A stretch of DNA of 64,000 nt, taken from an uncultured Gammaproteobacteria bacterium. Lineage in GTDB: Bacteria > Patescibacteriota > Microgenomatia > Levybacterales > GWA1-39-11. Below, one piece after another: positions 26,689 through 40,026 of the stretch. The notes under the pieces were generated by a model that searched no databases, was not told the origin of the DNA, and saw only the letters and a program-made list of their open reading frames with translations. Position numbers and translations under genes: made by a program. Every line of letters starts with the position of its first letter. Positions within the stretch are counted from its first letter, which is position 1. The stretch is taken from NCBI GenBank assembly GCA_964452165.1, contig CAYVKP010000002.1:24074-88073 (forward strand), read 5' to 3'.

Positions 26689-28083
26689 CTAATGAGGAAT
26701 AGCTAGCTTATATGGTGGTTTTTTGCTTCGATTGCTAGTATGGATCTTTAGGCCTTGTTCAATGGCATCTAAGATAGCTACATACCTTGTAAAAATCGCG
26801 TTTGTCCAACCGAATCCTGATTGGTTTTCATAATGATAATTTTTTGCTAAATCTCCGCGGACGCCGTCAATTTTTTCAAAAAAAGTTTTATATTTGCTAA
26901 AAATTTTACTTTGAGCAGCCAAAGACTTTTTCATTATACGAATGGCATCATTGGTAAATCCATATTTTAGAAGTCCTATAACTGTCAGGTATTCAATTGG
27001 CGGCCAGATATTCGGATAGTCCCATTGTTTGGGTTTTAAAATATCTCTGATAGCGGGTTTGTATTGGGCCGGAATTTTCGACAATTCTACATTTGGAGCC
27101 AGGGACTTTTTGGCGCCTATTAGCAAACCGTAATCTGTCTCAAAATCTTTAAGTTTCTTGACCATAAGTTTTGCTTGAGCAGGTGTTGCAAGACCTGCCC
27201 AAAGAGGAATAAAGGAGGCAAGGGACAGGAAGTCGCTTTGCCGGCCGTTGACATAGTCATAGTCAAAGAAGAGCCCATTTTTGCGGTTCCACATATATTT
27301 ATTAACCAATTTTTGGCGCGCAAGTGCTTTACCTGACCAAAACTTTTGCTCATGAGAATCTCCAAGTATCTTACCGATTTTTGCAAAATCTCGCTCATAT
27401 TTAAATAGATAACAGTTAAGATCTATAGGTAGGAATTCATTACACCTGTTATAAAATCTTGAGGTAAAATCCCAACCTGATTCAAGCTCTGAGGAATGTG
27501 CATAGCCAATATCACGGTCGCCATAGCGATTTAAATTGAGACCTTTAACCTTATGGTAAAAGAGATTTTCATTTTCCCAAACGTGCCAGTATTCGCGTTT
27601 CGCAATTTCGGCCGCTTTGCGTAGCCAATTAAGACGAGTTTCGATTTTCATGGTTTTACTAATTTCCTTTGAAAAAAGATAGTCCTTGTGAGCCCGATTA
27701 TATGTATCAAGGATCATAGATGTCAGGAATGGAGGTTGCGATCGTCCTGTTGATGCTGGTGAGTTGAAGTTGGGGATTATTCCATATTTTTCATAAAGAT
27801 ATATGAAATTGTCCACCATGGGTCTTAGAATTTTTTCTCTTTTTGTTCCAAGCAGTCCTTTGAAAATAAAAAAAGTATCCCAGTAGAAAACGTGAGTAAA
27901 TTTCTTGTCGTTTGGAACAATGAACGCATTTGGTATATGAATAATATTCTCGTGCATTCTTTTGGTAGTTCGACGTAAAATAATATTGAACAAACGGTCG
28001 GTTCTCTTTGGTTTCACCGTGACCTTGTCCCAAAACTTATCTATGTACTCAAGCTCGTTTTTATACTTATTTGCGTAAGTCAT
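26689..28083 (-). CDS. alpha,alpha-trehalase (glycoside hydrolase family 37)
   Basis: 464 aa. Both GH37 signatures are present: …HVFYWDTFF… (signature 1-like) and …KQWDYPNIWPPIEY… (signature 2). Confidence 0.85.
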   Translation of the reverse strand: MTYANKYKNELEYIDKFWDKVTVKPKRTDRLFNIILRRTTKRMHENIIHIPNAFIVPNDKKFTHVFYWDTFFIFKGLLGTKREKILRPMVDNFIYLYEKYGIIPNFNSPASTGRSQPPFLTSMILDTYNRAHKDYLFSKEISKTMKIETRLNWLRKAAEIAKREYWHVWENENLFYHKVKGLNLNRYGDRDIGYAHSSELESGWDFTSRFYNRCNEFLPIDLNCYLFKYERDFAKIGKILGDSHEQKFWSGKALARQKLVNKYMWNRKNGLFFDYDYVNGRQSDFLSLASFIPLWAGLATPAQAKLMVKKLKDFETDYGLLIGAKKSLAPNVELSKIPAQYKPAIRDILKPKQWDYPNIWPPIEYLTVIGLLKYGFTNDAIRIMKKSLAAQSKIFSKYKTFFEKIDGVRGDLAKNYHYENQSGFGWTNAIFTRYVAILDAIEQGLKIHTSNRSKKPPYKLAIPH

Positions 28084-28176
28084 GCCTCAATATTAACCCG
28101 ATTTGACGGGCTATTCAAGCAAATGGTTGACAATCCGCGTTCTATGTCGCAAAATAATTAGGCAACTTGATCGAAT

Positions 28177-29130
28177 ATGGAACAGAAGAAACTTTCTGAA
28201 CTTCAAGAATACATTCAAATGTTTCTTGAATATCTGGAGATTGAGAAAAACTCCTCAAAATTGACGGTTAGAAACTATAGATTATATCTAAAGAGATTTG
28301 CTGAATGGTTTGCAGAAAACCACGGGGATAAAGGGATAAAGGATATCAACGTCGATATCGTACGCAAATACAGACTCTTTTTATCTAATTGGGTAGATGA
28401 AAAAGGAATGACCTTAATGCGCGTTACACAAAGCTATTATATTATTGCGTTACGTTCTTTCCTAAGATTTTTAGTCAGAAATGACTATGAAACGTTATCT
28501 CCAGAAAAAATAGATTTGCCAAAATCTGAAAGTAAGTCCCTTAAATTCCTTGAGAAAGACCATTTAAAAAATCTGTTCGACGCTGTAGATATATCAAAAA
28601 ACGACGAGAAGGCACTGCGAGACAGAGCCATTTTGGAATTGTTGTTCTCAACGGGTCTTCGTGTATCGGAGTTGTCAAGGCTAAACAGGAATCAGATAAA
28701 TTTTGAAACACGAGAGTTTGGCGTAATTGGAAAAGGCGGACGTGCACGCGTCGTTTTCCTTTCAGATTCTGCAGCGCATTGGTTATCTGCATATTTTGAT
28801 AAACGTGAAGACCCTTGGAAGCCTACCTTTGTCAGATACAGTAAAGAAAAAAGCTATGAAAATGGGGGCGAAAAAATGCGCCTCACTCCGCGATCAGTAG
28901 AACGAATCGTTGAGAAATATGTTCGGCAGGCTCGAATTCCAGTCAAGGCAACACCGCATACTCTGCGCCACTCTTTCGCGACAGATCTGCTTTATAACGG
29001 TGCGGACTTAAGGTCTGTTCAGGAAATGTTGGGACACAAAAATATCTCCACAACTCAGATTTATACCCACGTTACAAACCCGCAACTTAAGGAAATTCAC
29101 AAAAAATTCCACCACGGTAACAGAAGGTAA
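28177..29130 (+). CDS. tyrosine recombinase, XerC/XerD family
   Basis: 317 aa. An N-terminal core-binding domain and a catalytic domain with R…HTLRHSFAT…LGH…Y (the RHRY tetrad context). Confidence 0.85.
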   Translation: MEQKKLSELQEYIQMFLEYLEIEKNSSKLTVRNYRLYLKRFAEWFAENHGDKGIKDINVDIVRKYRLFLSNWVDEKGMTLMRVTQSYYIIALRSFLRFLVRNDYETLSPEKIDLPKSESKSLKFLEKDHLKNLFDAVDISKNDEKALRDRAILELLFSTGLRVSELSRLNRNQINFETREFGVIGKGGRARVVFLSDSAAHWLSAYFDKREDPWKPTFVRYSKEKSYENGGEKMRLTPRSVERIVEKYVRQARIPVKATPHTLRHSFATDLLYNGADLRSVQEMLGHKNISTTQIYTHVTNPQLKEIHKKFHHGNRR

Positions 29131-29166
29131 TTTTGCTTTTTCTCCTGCCTGTTATATAATCCACTC

Positions 29167-30114
29167 ATGGCTGAAAGATATCATGCTGCCGCGATCGGCG
29201 CTTCCTACGTTGATACAAATACCCGAATGAGAGCTGAAGATTATCATGCAATGAAGTCTGGTATGGAAATTGCTCATCTCGGAAAACAAAAAGAATGGGG
29301 AGGTTCTGGGCCTATGTTCTCTCAGGCTTTTGCCGCTCTTGGTAGAAAAGTTTTATTTGCAGGAGAAGTTGGACACGATTTTGATGGAGAATTTGTTCTT
29401 CGTCAGGCAGAAAAAGCCGGAGTTGCATGTTTCGTTTCAATGAAGGGTGGATCGATAACTAATACAAACGAAAACATAGTGTTAGATAACGGAGAAAAAT
29501 ATTATTTTACAGACGGGACAGCAAATGCCAACCGGCAGTTAGACGCAGAAGACATTTTAAGCCGTCTAGATCCATATAAATTTTCAATAGAGCGTTATTA
29601 CTTAGCCGGCGGATTAAAGCTACCCGTCTTCACAAGAGATTTAAGCAAGCAACTTTTAACTCGAAAAGCTGACGTTGTTATCGACCATGGAAGAATTATT
29701 CCCGGTGTTACAACAGAAGAAAATAAACAAACAATTAGAGACGTTGTTAAAGAATCAAAGGTTTATTTGCCGGATGAAAGTGAATTAATGGGGTTGTACG
29801 ATGTTGAAGACCTTGAAGAAGCTATGCAAAAAGTCAAGGATTCTACGGATGCTCTAGTTGTGGTAAAAAGAGGGAAAAACGGAGCCTGTTACCTCGATCA
29901 TGGGAGACTTGTTGAAGTTCCGGGATATAGCGTTCCCGTTGTAAACAATGTAGGCGCAGGAGACACATTTAATGCGGGTTTAATAAGTAGTCTAATAAGT
30001 AGAAAGCCTTTGTATGATGCCGTCCGTTTTGCAAACGCTGTAGCTGCAATGAGGGTTGCAACTGGAGAATTTCATTCAACACAGGAAGTTGAGGAATTTA
30101 TGAAAACTGCCTAG
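29167..30114 (+). CDS. PfkB-family carbohydrate kinase (ribokinase-like)
   Basis: 315 aa. The C-terminal …NNVGAGDTFNAGLIS… PfkB signature 2 and a Gly-rich N-terminal region. Confidence 0.8.
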   Translation: MAERYHAAAIGASYVDTNTRMRAEDYHAMKSGMEIAHLGKQKEWGGSGPMFSQAFAALGRKVLFAGEVGHDFDGEFVLRQAEKAGVACFVSMKGGSITNTNENIVLDNGEKYYFTDGTANANRQLDAEDILSRLDPYKFSIERYYLAGGLKLPVFTRDLSKQLLTRKADVVIDHGRIIPGVTTEENKQTIRDVVKESKVYLPDESELMGLYDVEDLEEAMQKVKDSTDALVVVKRGKNGACYLDHGRLVEVPGYSVPVVNNVGAGDTFNAGLISSLISRKPLYDAVRFANAVAAMRVATGEFHSTQEVEEFMKTA

Positions 30115-30185
30115 TCTTATAGGAATTGGTTAGCTGCTCTACTCTAGGATATTTAATGTTCGCCCCGCTTTTATTTTGGAGAGTC

Positions 30186-31112
30186 CTATAATTCTAAAAC
30201 CCAGTTTTTGAATTCTACTTCGCTCTTGTAGTCTCTACTTGGATTGAGTGACTCATCAAGAAAGCCGCCAATGGCGCGAGAAGTAAGGACTGTTTTCAGT
30301 TTACCTTTGTCGTAGCCTCTATTGAGGAGTTCGCCATAAATTTTGATCGCAAGCTTCCTGTCGTCAATAATTGAAAATACTCTTTGAATAAAATAGCAGA
30401 TGTCATAATATTCTACTCCGTGGGAATGGGCGTGCTCGCCGTCAATTAGTCCGAGGCCGTTATTCGATAGCAAAATTAAATGCCATGGTGTAAAGTCTCC
30501 GTGACGAGGTTTCTTTTCTAGGACACTGGCTCCCCGTTCAACAATTTCGAACAATCGTTCTACGCCATATTTTTGAACTATTTCTTTAGGTATTGCATCG
30601 AGCCATGATTTGGTTTTGGCAACAAACCACTTCTGATGGTTACTCTCTTCAATTAGATCGTTGTTCGAAACATTTATAGGAAGACCCTGAATGAGTTCGG
30701 AAAACTCTATGATTTGTTCGACGTGTTGTCCGATGGTGTTATTTGAACCGTCAAGTTTACAAAGAAGTGGGCCGTTAAATTTTTCCACGATTATGTAATA
30801 AAAATCTTTGTACAAACCATCATCAAAATTTTTAGGAACTCTAAACTGTTCACTTTTGGAATATTTATTAAATTCATCATTCCAAAGCTTGTCGATCTGC
30901 GTCCTTGCTGAAATTCCCTCACTTGTGGCAAGCTTTAGAAAATATTCCTGTCCCTCGCGTTCGACAACTCCAATAACATGTCTGCCCTCTTGCCGCAGTT
31001 GGCCAACTTTATATTTTCCTTCCAACTCTTTTCTAATATCCGTGAGGTCCAGATTTCCAGCCAATCTGTAATCGAGAATTTTTCCGTCCTTTTTTAATTT
31101 GAAAGCGTCCAT
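30186..31112 (-). CDS. aminoglycoside-phosphotransferase-like (APH / protein-kinase-like fold) phosphotransferase
   Basis: 308 aa. Brenner motif …HGDFTPWHLI… and …LIDGEHA… (catalytic loop and Mg-binding D). Confidence 0.7.
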   Translation of the reverse strand: MDAFKLKKDGKILDYRLAGNLDLTDIRKELEGKYKVGQLRQEGRHVIGVVEREGQEYFLKLATSEGISARTQIDKLWNDEFNKYSKSEQFRVPKNFDDGLYKDFYYIIVEKFNGPLLCKLDGSNNTIGQHVEQIIEFSELIQGLPINVSNNDLIEESNHQKWFVAKTKSWLDAIPKEIVQKYGVERLFEIVERGASVLEKKPRHGDFTPWHLILLSNNGLGLIDGEHAHSHGVEYYDICYFIQRVFSIIDDRKLAIKIYGELLNRGYDKGKLKTVLTSRAIGGFLDESLNPSRDYKSEVEFKNWVLEL

Positions 31113-31147
31113 AAGAAGATTATATCTGTTTGGTGATTTGAGGTCGA

Positions 31148-32110
31148 CTATTTGCCCAGCACCAAAGCAAGAAGAGCCATGCGGACGTACATTCCATTTT
31201 TGACTTGAGAGCGAAGATACACGGACCTTGGATCGGAATCTATGTCTGTTGAAATTTCGTCGATTCTAGGCAAAGCGTGCATGACTATGCTTTTCTTTTT
31301 CATTGCAGTTAGCGTCAATTTGTCTACAACATATTTTCCTCGGATTTTTTTATATAAAGCCGGCGCCATAAATTCTTTCTTAACGCGTGTTACATATAAT
31401 ATGTCGGTTGAATCTATTACTTCATTGATATTTTCGGTTTCATACATATTGATCTTTCGCGCTTTCAGCCACGATTTGACCTCGGGATTTAGAGCGACTT
31501 GCTTTGGCGAGACGAAATTTATTTTATTGCCTTTGTAATATGAAAATAATTTGGCGAGCGAATTGACAGGTCTGTAATGAGCAAGTTCGCCGAAGAATGT
31601 TAGGGTAAGATTCTCAAGTCTTCCAAGCTCCCCGCGGATTGTATATAGATCATAAAGTGCTTGTGTTGGATGTTCGCCAATTCCATCCCCGGCATTTAGA
31701 ATGGGAATTTTTATAACATCTGCCATTCTTTTGACAGACCCTACTTCGGGGTGTCTTACGACTAGAACATCTGAGTAAGACTCAAAGACTTGCGCAGTGT
31801 CCTCAATAGTCTCCCCTTTTCCGGCCGAAGAGCTTTGCATGTTTTGTATTGGAATTATTCCTCCACCAAGTCTTTGCATCCCGGCGACAAAAGACCCGAA
31901 AGTACGGCTCGAGGGTTCGTAGAAAAGCGCAGACATTATTTTACCTGCAAGGATATTTGTTCCACCACGGGTTTCGATCATCTTCTTGAGTTCATCAGTC
32001 TTTTTAAAAAGTATTTTGACGTCTGCTGGAGTGAATTGATCGATTGAGAGAATATCTTTTCCCTTGAAGCTTCCGTTGATCAATGAATTATCGGCCGATT
32101 TTTTTGCCAT
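31148..32110 (-). CDS. pyrB: aspartate carbamoyltransferase catalytic subunit
   Basis: 320 aa. The STRT motif (…YEPSSRTFGSF…) and an HALP motif with a PyrB-like C-terminus (…NGMYVRMALLALVLG). Confidence 0.8.
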   Translation of the reverse strand: MAKKSADNSLINGSFKGKDILSIDQFTPADVKILFKKTDELKKMIETRGGTNILAGKIMSALFYEPSSRTFGSFVAGMQRLGGGIIPIQNMQSSSAGKGETIEDTAQVFESYSDVLVVRHPEVGSVKRMADVIKIPILNAGDGIGEHPTQALYDLYTIRGELGRLENLTLTFFGELAHYRPVNSLAKLFSYYKGNKINFVSPKQVALNPEVKSWLKARKINMYETENINEVIDSTDILYVTRVKKEFMAPALYKKIRGKYVVDKLTLTAMKKKSIVMHALPRIDEISTDIDSDPRSVYLRSQVKNGMYVRMALLALVLGK

Positions 32111-32199
32111 TGAGAAGGATTGTATTATTACGATGAGGGTTTGTCAACCAGGTTAGAACATCGAAACTAGATTTTTTTTGGAGTTTCAATCAAGGAGAA

Positions 32200-32409
32200 T
32201 TACTTTCCCGTGGCGTTTTGGTAGTTGAGGTTTGCTGCACCAATTTGCTGAGTGAATTTAGCGGTGATTGCATTGTAGGTGAGTATATATGTAACCATGG
32301 CAACAATTGCCATGATTACGATGAAGATGAACAGATCTTTTGTAAAGAAGGAAGGGGTTGTGGACGAGCGCGAAATTTTCCTCGATGAACTTTTCTTGCG
32401 GGCAGGCAT
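32200..32409 (-). CDS. small membrane protein, hypothetical (69 aa)
   Basis: A basic N-terminus (MPARKKSSSRK...) followed by one TM helix. Confidence 0.4.
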   Translation of the reverse strand: MPARKKSSSRKISRSSTTPSFFTKDLFIFIVIMAIVAMVTYILTYNAITAKFTQQIGAANLNYQNATGK

Positions 32410-32490
32410 GAATTTATTGTTTCAAAATTAACAATTCTTGTCAAGTGTTTAGTCGTTGACATAATATCTCTCGAGCTTATAATGTGATTG

Positions 32491-33477
32491 ATGGCTCGAC
32501 CCGAAGTAGTTGACCGCTTCTCCCCTGCTCCATCTCCGCTAATGGGTATCGAGAATGCCGTTTCGGATCTTGAGAGGATGAAGCGAGAAGGAATAATCGT
32601 GGATATTTATAGAGGAAAAGTCCGCGATACAGTAGACTTCGGAAGTCATTTATTAGTTGTTGCAACCGACCGTATTTCGACTTACGACGAGAAACACCCT
32701 AATGGGATTCCAAACAAAGGAGACGTCTTAACCGCTATGACCTTAGGTTGGTTGGGTACTCTTCCATCCGCAAACTTAAATCACTTACTGTCCACAGACA
32801 GAGGTTGGCTTCCCGGTGAATTTCATGTTCCTGCTCTTGATCACCGATCGATGATAGTAAGAAAGCTGGATATGCTTCCCGGTGAGTTTATAGTCAGAGG
32901 CCATCTTACGGGTTCTGGGATGAGAGACTATCAGAAAAATGGAATGGTTTCGGGGATTCGCTTGCCATCGGATATGGTTGAGGCGCAGAAGCTTGATGAA
33001 CCTATATTTACGCCATCAACAAAAGCTAGCGTAGGTCATGATGAGAACATAGACATAAGAACTCTCATAAGATTGACCAGTGAAAAATTTCCACAGCACG
33101 ATGCGCAAGCTTTAATTTATGAAGCAAGAGACAGGACGCTTTCTCTTTATAAAGAAGCGTATGAGTACGCTCTGGCGCGTGGAATAATAATTGCGGATAC
33201 GAAATTTGAATTCGGTATTGATGAATTTGGAAATGTGATTTTGGCAGATGAGGTTTTGACCCCGGACTCTTCAAGGTTTTGGCCCGCCGAAGAGTATGAG
33301 CCGGGGCGCGTGCAGAACAGTTTTGATAAGCAGTACGTTCGAGATTATTGGACATCAGTCGATCCAGGACACACACCCCCAGCACCGATTCTTCCCCCAA
33401 ATGTTGTTGAGGTGACTGCGCAAAAATATCTTGAGGCGCTGAGAAGGTTGTTTGGTCAGGTACCGTTGGCTGCTTGA
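32491..33477 (+). CDS. purC: phosphoribosylaminoimidazole-succinocarboxamide (SAICAR) synthase
   Basis: …YRGKVRDTVDFGSHLLVVATDRISTYD… The first ATG is at 32491 (the ORF-track start at 32488 is a TTG). Confidence 0.85.
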   Translation: MARPEVVDRFSPAPSPLMGIENAVSDLERMKREGIIVDIYRGKVRDTVDFGSHLLVVATDRISTYDEKHPNGIPNKGDVLTAMTLGWLGTLPSANLNHLLSTDRGWLPGEFHVPALDHRSMIVRKLDMLPGEFIVRGHLTGSGMRDYQKNGMVSGIRLPSDMVEAQKLDEPIFTPSTKASVGHDENIDIRTLIRLTSEKFPQHDAQALIYEARDRTLSLYKEAYEYALARGIIIADTKFEFGIDEFGNVILADEVLTPDSSRFWPAEEYEPGRVQNSFDKQYVRDYWTSVDPGHTPPAPILPPNVVEVTAQKYLEALRRLFGQVPLAA

Positions 33478-34277
33478 ACTAAGTTCGAGAATAAGTAGGT
33501 TAGGTTGACCGGCCCTACTCCGCCCGGAGTTGGGGTAAAAGCGGCGGCAATTTGTTCAATCTCGTTCTGATCATAGTCCCCTCTGAGTTTTCCATCTTCT
33601 CCGTGGGTCCCAACACCAATTAAGATTGCTCCCGGTTTTAAGTTCAAGCTATTTACTACTCCACTCTTTCCAACGCAGGAAATTACAATGTCAGAATTAC
33701 GAATAATTTGATCCGGGTCCGCAGTTTTACTATCAACCAGCTTTACGTGCGCGTTTAGGCTCAAAAGAGCCCGTCGTATTGGGCCGCCTGCAGTTTCACC
33801 CTTGCCTAGCACCGTAATGCTGTAGCTGCCAAGGTCAGAATTTTTGTTCAATTCTTTCAAAGCGTACGATAACAACTTCCCAACAGCCAGCCAAACAGGT
33901 ACTTCAAATTTTGAATCTTCGCGAAATCCATCAACGTCTTTATCGTTCGAAATAGAATTTACAATAGTTGTTCGGTCAATCATAGCAGGCATAGGGCGCT
34001 GGACAATAATACCGTGATAAGCCGGATCCAAATTAATTTCTTCAATTACTTTGAGAAGTTTTTCTTGATCGGCATCTTCCAAATTTAAGACCACGGCTTT
34101 TATTCCAAGTTCATCGGCAACTTTTACCTTTTGAGCAACATATGTTTGCCAAGAATCCTCGGCGCCGAGAGTAATGATGGCAATTTTTGGAGTTACTCCG
34201 CGAGTTTTAAGTTCATCTATCTTCTTTTTGAGTTCAGCGCGGAGTTCTTGCGCAATTTCTTTTCCGCTTATCTTCAT
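33456..34277 (-). CDS. folD: bifunctional methylenetetrahydrofolate dehydrogenase/cyclohydrolase
   Basis: 273 aa with a typical FolD N-terminus and NAD(P)-binding domain. Overlaps the 3' end of purC by 22 nt. Confidence 0.9.
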   Translation of the reverse strand: MKISGKEIAQELRAELKKKIDELKTRGVTPKIAIITLGAEDSWQTYVAQKVKVADELGIKAVVLNLEDADQEKLLKVIEEINLDPAYHGIIVQRPMPAMIDRTTIVNSISNDKDVDGFREDSKFEVPVWLAVGKLLSYALKELNKNSDLGSYSITVLGKGETAGGPIRRALLSLNAHVKLVDSKTADPDQIIRNSDIVISCVGKSGVVNSLNLKPGAILIGVGTHGEDGKLRGDYDQNEIEQIAAAFTPTPGGVGPVNLTYLFSNLVQAANGT

Positions 34278-34303
34278 AAGAAGATTATACCTGATGGGGG
34301 CCG

Positions 34304-36853
34304 TTACGGGGAGACGGCAGTTGCCGAGGAGACCTTATCATTCTTATCTGAAAAGCGCATTAAGATTACACCCTGGGCGTTTCTCGACAACAGCGGCGTT
34401 GCGTTAAGCGGAATTTTAACAACCTGACCTTTGAGCGATGTCATAATAACTTCTGTTGCAGCAGGATCCAAGACTCCTGCAAAAACAATTTTTCCGGTCT
34501 TCTCATTTATGTTTTGGATCCTTACTCCTTGACCATTTCTTCTCTGGTTGCGGACCTCCGAGACTTTGCTTCTTTTTCCAAGACCGTTTTCGGCAACTAC
34601 CAAGAGTGTTGCAGTTTTGTCTCCCCCCGAGACTATATCCATACCAATGACAGTATCATCTCCAACTAGCTTAATTCCTCCAACGCCCTGCGAGGATCTT
34701 CCTGTTGATCTTATTTGTTTTTCTCCAAAGCAAATTATCTTCCCGTTTTTGGTAATGAGGACTATGTCGTCCTCGCCGCTTGAGAAATTGACCCATTGAA
34801 GACTATCTCCCGCCTCAAGCTTTATAGAAATAATTCCACCGCGTCTTATATTTGCAAATTCAGAGATGTTTGTTTTCTTAACCACTCCCTTTTCTGTTGC
34901 CATGACAATATGTTTGTTTTTGGCCTTCTCTTTTGGATTGTAAGTCAAAATAGATTGAATTTTCTCGCCCGCGGTTATATCAATCAAATTAACAATCGCA
35001 GTACCTTTTGAAATTCTTGATGCCTCTTCCATTTCAAAGACTCTTGTTTGATAGACCTTCCCAAGATTTGTGAAGAACAGAATATAGTCATGGGTTTGAG
35101 CATAAAGAATCTTGTCTATTGTATCTTCATCTTTGGTCCTCATACCCATAACTCCTTTTCCTCCTCTTGCTTGAGTTTTAAAACTCATCATGCTTTGGCG
35201 CTTAACGTATCCTGTTTGTGTCAAGGTTATAACCGTTGGCTCATTTTGAATTAAATCTTCGTCTGAAAATTCATCAACTTTTGATTTGTAAACTTTTGTA
35301 CGTCGGCTGTCCTCATACTTTTCCTTAATTTTTAGTAGCTCATCAGATACAACTTTCAGCATTTTCGCAGGATCTGTAAGAAGGCTTTCTAGGTAGTCGA
35401 TTGTCTCTTTGACCATATTCCATTCGTCTTGAATTTTTTCTCGTTCAAGGGCCGCAAGTCTGCGAAGTTGCATATCCAAAATTGCAATTGCTTGAAGCTC
35501 GGAAAGTTTGAATTTTGCCATAAGATTTTCTCTTGCGGCATCAGCGCTCGCACTCTTTTTAATTGTGTCGATCACTTCATCAATATTGTTTACGGCAATA
35601 AGGAGTCCGTCTAGGATATGAAGTCTTGCTCGTGCTTGTCGGAGTTCGAATTCGCTTCTCCTGGTTATTACTGTGAACCTGTGGTCAACGTAAGCATCGA
35701 GAATTGCTTTCAGATTGAGAGTTCTTGGAATTCCGTCAACTAGAGCAACGATATTTGCCGGAAACGACGTTTGAAGTGAAGTAAGTTTGAACAAATTGTT
35801 GAGAACTTTTCTAGGAGATGCATCGCGCTTAAGTTCGGCAACAACCCTAATTCCGTGTCTATCCGATTCATCGCGTAGATCTGTAAGTCCTTCAAGCCTC
35901 TTATCTTTTGCAAGTTCTGCAATTTTCGCAACTAACGCGGCCTTGTTTACTTGATACGGAACTTCACGGATTATAATTGCGCTTTTTCCTTGTCCGATAT
36001 CTTCAATTTCAGCAATTCCCCGTATGATAATTTTTCCGCGTCCTGTTCTGTAAACATTTTTAATTTCGTTGATGTCGTAAATTGCTCCTCCGGTTGGAAA
36101 ATCCGGTCCCTTTATAAATTCCAGAAGCTCATCAACTGACACCTCGGACTCAAGTTCAAAAGCGGGCTTCAGAGAATTAATCTGCTCGTCAGTTAGCTCT
36201 CCTTCCGGTCGCTTGTAGCCTTCGCGTGGTTTGTGTTTGATTTTGTCGATGGTGTATGTAACAGCATCAATTACCTCACCAAGATTGTGGGGCGGAATCT
36301 TAGTTGCCATTCCGACTGCAATTCCTTCAGATCCCATCAAGAGAAGGTTCGGCAATTTACTCGGAAGATAGACCGGCTCTTTGAGTGTTCCATCAAAGTT
36401 GGGTAGAAATTCAACGGTGCCCTTATCTATATCAAAGAGCATTTCCATTGCCATATTAGTGAGTTTTGCCTCCGTATAACGCATGGCGGCGGCAGAGTCT
36501 CCGTCCATAGAGCCAAAGTTACCCTGACCGTCCACGAGTGGATAGCGCATTGCAAAATCCTGAGCCAAGCGGACTAAAGTATCATAGATTGCCATATCAC
36601 CATGCGGGTGATATTTACCCATGGTTTCTCCGACAATCTTTGCAGATTTTGCGTACTTTGCCGTGGGGTATAAATTCATCTCATACATCGCATATAAAAT
36701 TCTGCGATGTACAGGTTTCAATCCGTCTTTAACGTCCGGCAATGCACGCGCGACTATGACGCTCATTGCGTAATCCAAATACGCTTTTTTTGCCTCAGTT
36801 GTAATGTCGATTTGTTGTAATCGACCTATTGCGTTTTTAACTTCTGGTTCCAT
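34304..36853 (-). CDS. gyrA: DNA gyrase subunit A
   Basis: 849 aa. …[30 protein letters not shown]… with the active-site Tyr region, plus C-terminal beta-pinwheel repeats. Confidence 0.95.
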   Translation of the reverse strand: MEPEVKNAIGRLQQIDITTEAKKAYLDYAMSVIVARALPDVKDGLKPVHRRILYAMYEMNLYPTAKYAKSAKIVGETMGKYHPHGDMAIYDTLVRLAQDFAMRYPLVDGQGNFGSMDGDSAAAMRYTEAKLTNMAMEMLFDIDKGTVEFLPNFDGTLKEPVYLPSKLPNLLLMGSEGIAVGMATKIPPHNLGEVIDAVTYTIDKIKHKPREGYKRPEGELTDEQINSLKPAFELESEVSVDELLEFIKGPDFPTGGAIYDINEIKNVYRTGRGKIIIRGIAEIEDIGQGKSAIIIREVPYQVNKAALVAKIAELAKDKRLEGLTDLRDESDRHGIRVVAELKRDASPRKVLNNLFKLTSLQTSFPANIVALVDGIPRTLNLKAILDAYVDHRFTVITRRSEFELRQARARLHILDGLLIAVNNIDEVIDTIKKSASADAARENLMAKFKLSELQAIAILDMQLRRLAALEREKIQDEWNMVKETIDYLESLLTDPAKMLKVVSDELLKIKEKYEDSRRTKVYKSKVDEFSDEDLIQNEPTVITLTQTGYVKRQSMMSFKTQARGGKGVMGMRTKDEDTIDKILYAQTHDYILFFTNLGKVYQTRVFEMEEASRISKGTAIVNLIDITAGEKIQSILTYNPKEKAKNKHIVMATEKGVVKKTNISEFANIRRGGIISIKLEAGDSLQWVNFSSGEDDIVLITKNGKIICFGEKQIRSTGRSSQGVGGIKLVGDDTVIGMDIVSGGDKTATLLVVAENGLGKRSKVSEVRNQRRNGQGVRIQNINEKTGKIVFAGVLDPAATEVIMTSLKGQVVKIPLNATPLLSRNAQGVILMRFSDKNDKVSSATAVSP

Positions 36854-37368
36854 TATTTATAATTTGCCATGCCTTTCTCAACTTCCGCAATGGCTTCTGC
36901 CGCGCCTTTCCAACCACTGACTTTAACCCATTTCCCGGGTTCGTTCTTTTTGTAATTCTCAAAGAAATATTTTATCTTATCTGTAATTTCGGCTGGGAGT
37001 TCGCTTATATCGTTGTACTTTCCAAACTCCGGGTTAACTTTTTCCGGTGGAACGGCGACCAGCTTTGCGTCTTGCCCGGATTCATCTTCTGTTTCAAGCA
37101 TTCCGATTGGCTTTGCTACCATCACTACTCCCGGTGTGACGGGTAAGGGTGATAAGACTAGAACATCAACCGGATCTCCATCTCCACTTAAAGTATTTGG
37201 AATAAATCCGTAATTTGCCGGATATCCTTTGTCAAAAAACAAAAAACGATCAACAAAAATCGCTTCGGTATCGTGATCGACTTCGTACTTTACTCTTGAA
37301 TCGAGTGGAACTTCAATTACTACGTTTACAATTTGAGGGGCTTTGTCCCCCGCTGTTAAATTCTTCAT
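36853..37368 (-). CDS. ppa: inorganic pyrophosphatase (family I)
   Basis: 171 aa. …DGDPVDVLV… signature. Confidence 0.9.
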   Translation of the reverse strand: MKNLTAGDKAPQIVNVVIEVPLDSRVKYEVDHDTEAIFVDRFLFFDKGYPANYGFIPNTLSGDGDPVDVLVLSPLPVTPGVVMVAKPIGMLETEDESGQDAKLVAVPPEKVNPEFGKYNDISELPAEITDKIKYFFENYKKNEPGKWVKVSGWKGAAEAIAEVEKGMANYK

Positions 37369-37385
37369 AAAAATAAAGTCACCTC

Positions 37386-39353
<1,968 letters not shown>

Positions 39354-39442
39354 TTAGATTATCTATACTACCATAATGCAAAGCCTGAATTCAACCACCA
39401 CCTCGCACAGATAAATCACAACTGATCCGAATCCATCTTGGC

Positions 39443-39985
39443 TCACAGATTTTTCTTTAATGCAGCAAGTAGCTCGGGGAAAGTCTCTTTGTGATAGTCT
39501 CCGCCAAAATGCCCTTTATCCGCGAATTCATAATACTCTGTGTTTAGATTTTTGTGGATAAACCGAGCTTCTTCTATGGGGATCCATGGATCATCGGTAG
39601 AATTAAATTGGATAATAAATTTCTGGTTCTCTTTTATTGATTGCCAATCCCAAGGCTTATCAAAATATTCACTCTCTTTTTCTTTTTCATCATTAAGGTC
39701 TGTATAATATCCTCCCACCAATACTGAGCCGAGGATTTTATTATCCTCAGCAAATCTCATGGCAGCTATTGCTCCCGTGGAATGACCAATCAGTATCGTT
39801 TGCTCGTCGGCTCCCAAGCTTTTAATAAATGGTAACCAATACTTTGATCTCGCAATGTCGTTATCAGGAAAGTTCTTATCGATGACCCGTAAGCCGAGCT
39901 TGCCGAGCTCTTCTTTTAAATAAGGGAACCAATTATCATGGGGTGTCCCTCCTCCATTACCAGGAAGAAAAATTACTTTTGTCAT
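39443..39985 (-). CDS. alpha/beta-fold serine hydrolase (YdeN/RBBP9-like)
   Basis: 180 aa. A GHSTG nucleophile elbow. Confidence 0.75.
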   Translation of the reverse strand: MTKVIFLPGNGGGTPHDNWFPYLKEELGKLGLRVIDKNFPDNDIARSKYWLPFIKSLGADEQTILIGHSTGAIAAMRFAEDNKILGSVLVGGYYTDLNDEKEKESEYFDKPWDWQSIKENQKFIIQFNSTDDPWIPIEEARFIHKNLNTEYYEFADKGHFGGDYHKETFPELLAALKKNL

Positions 39986-40026
39986 TCCGAGATTATATCA
40001 CCGATTCTAATTTCAGTCGTAGTTAA

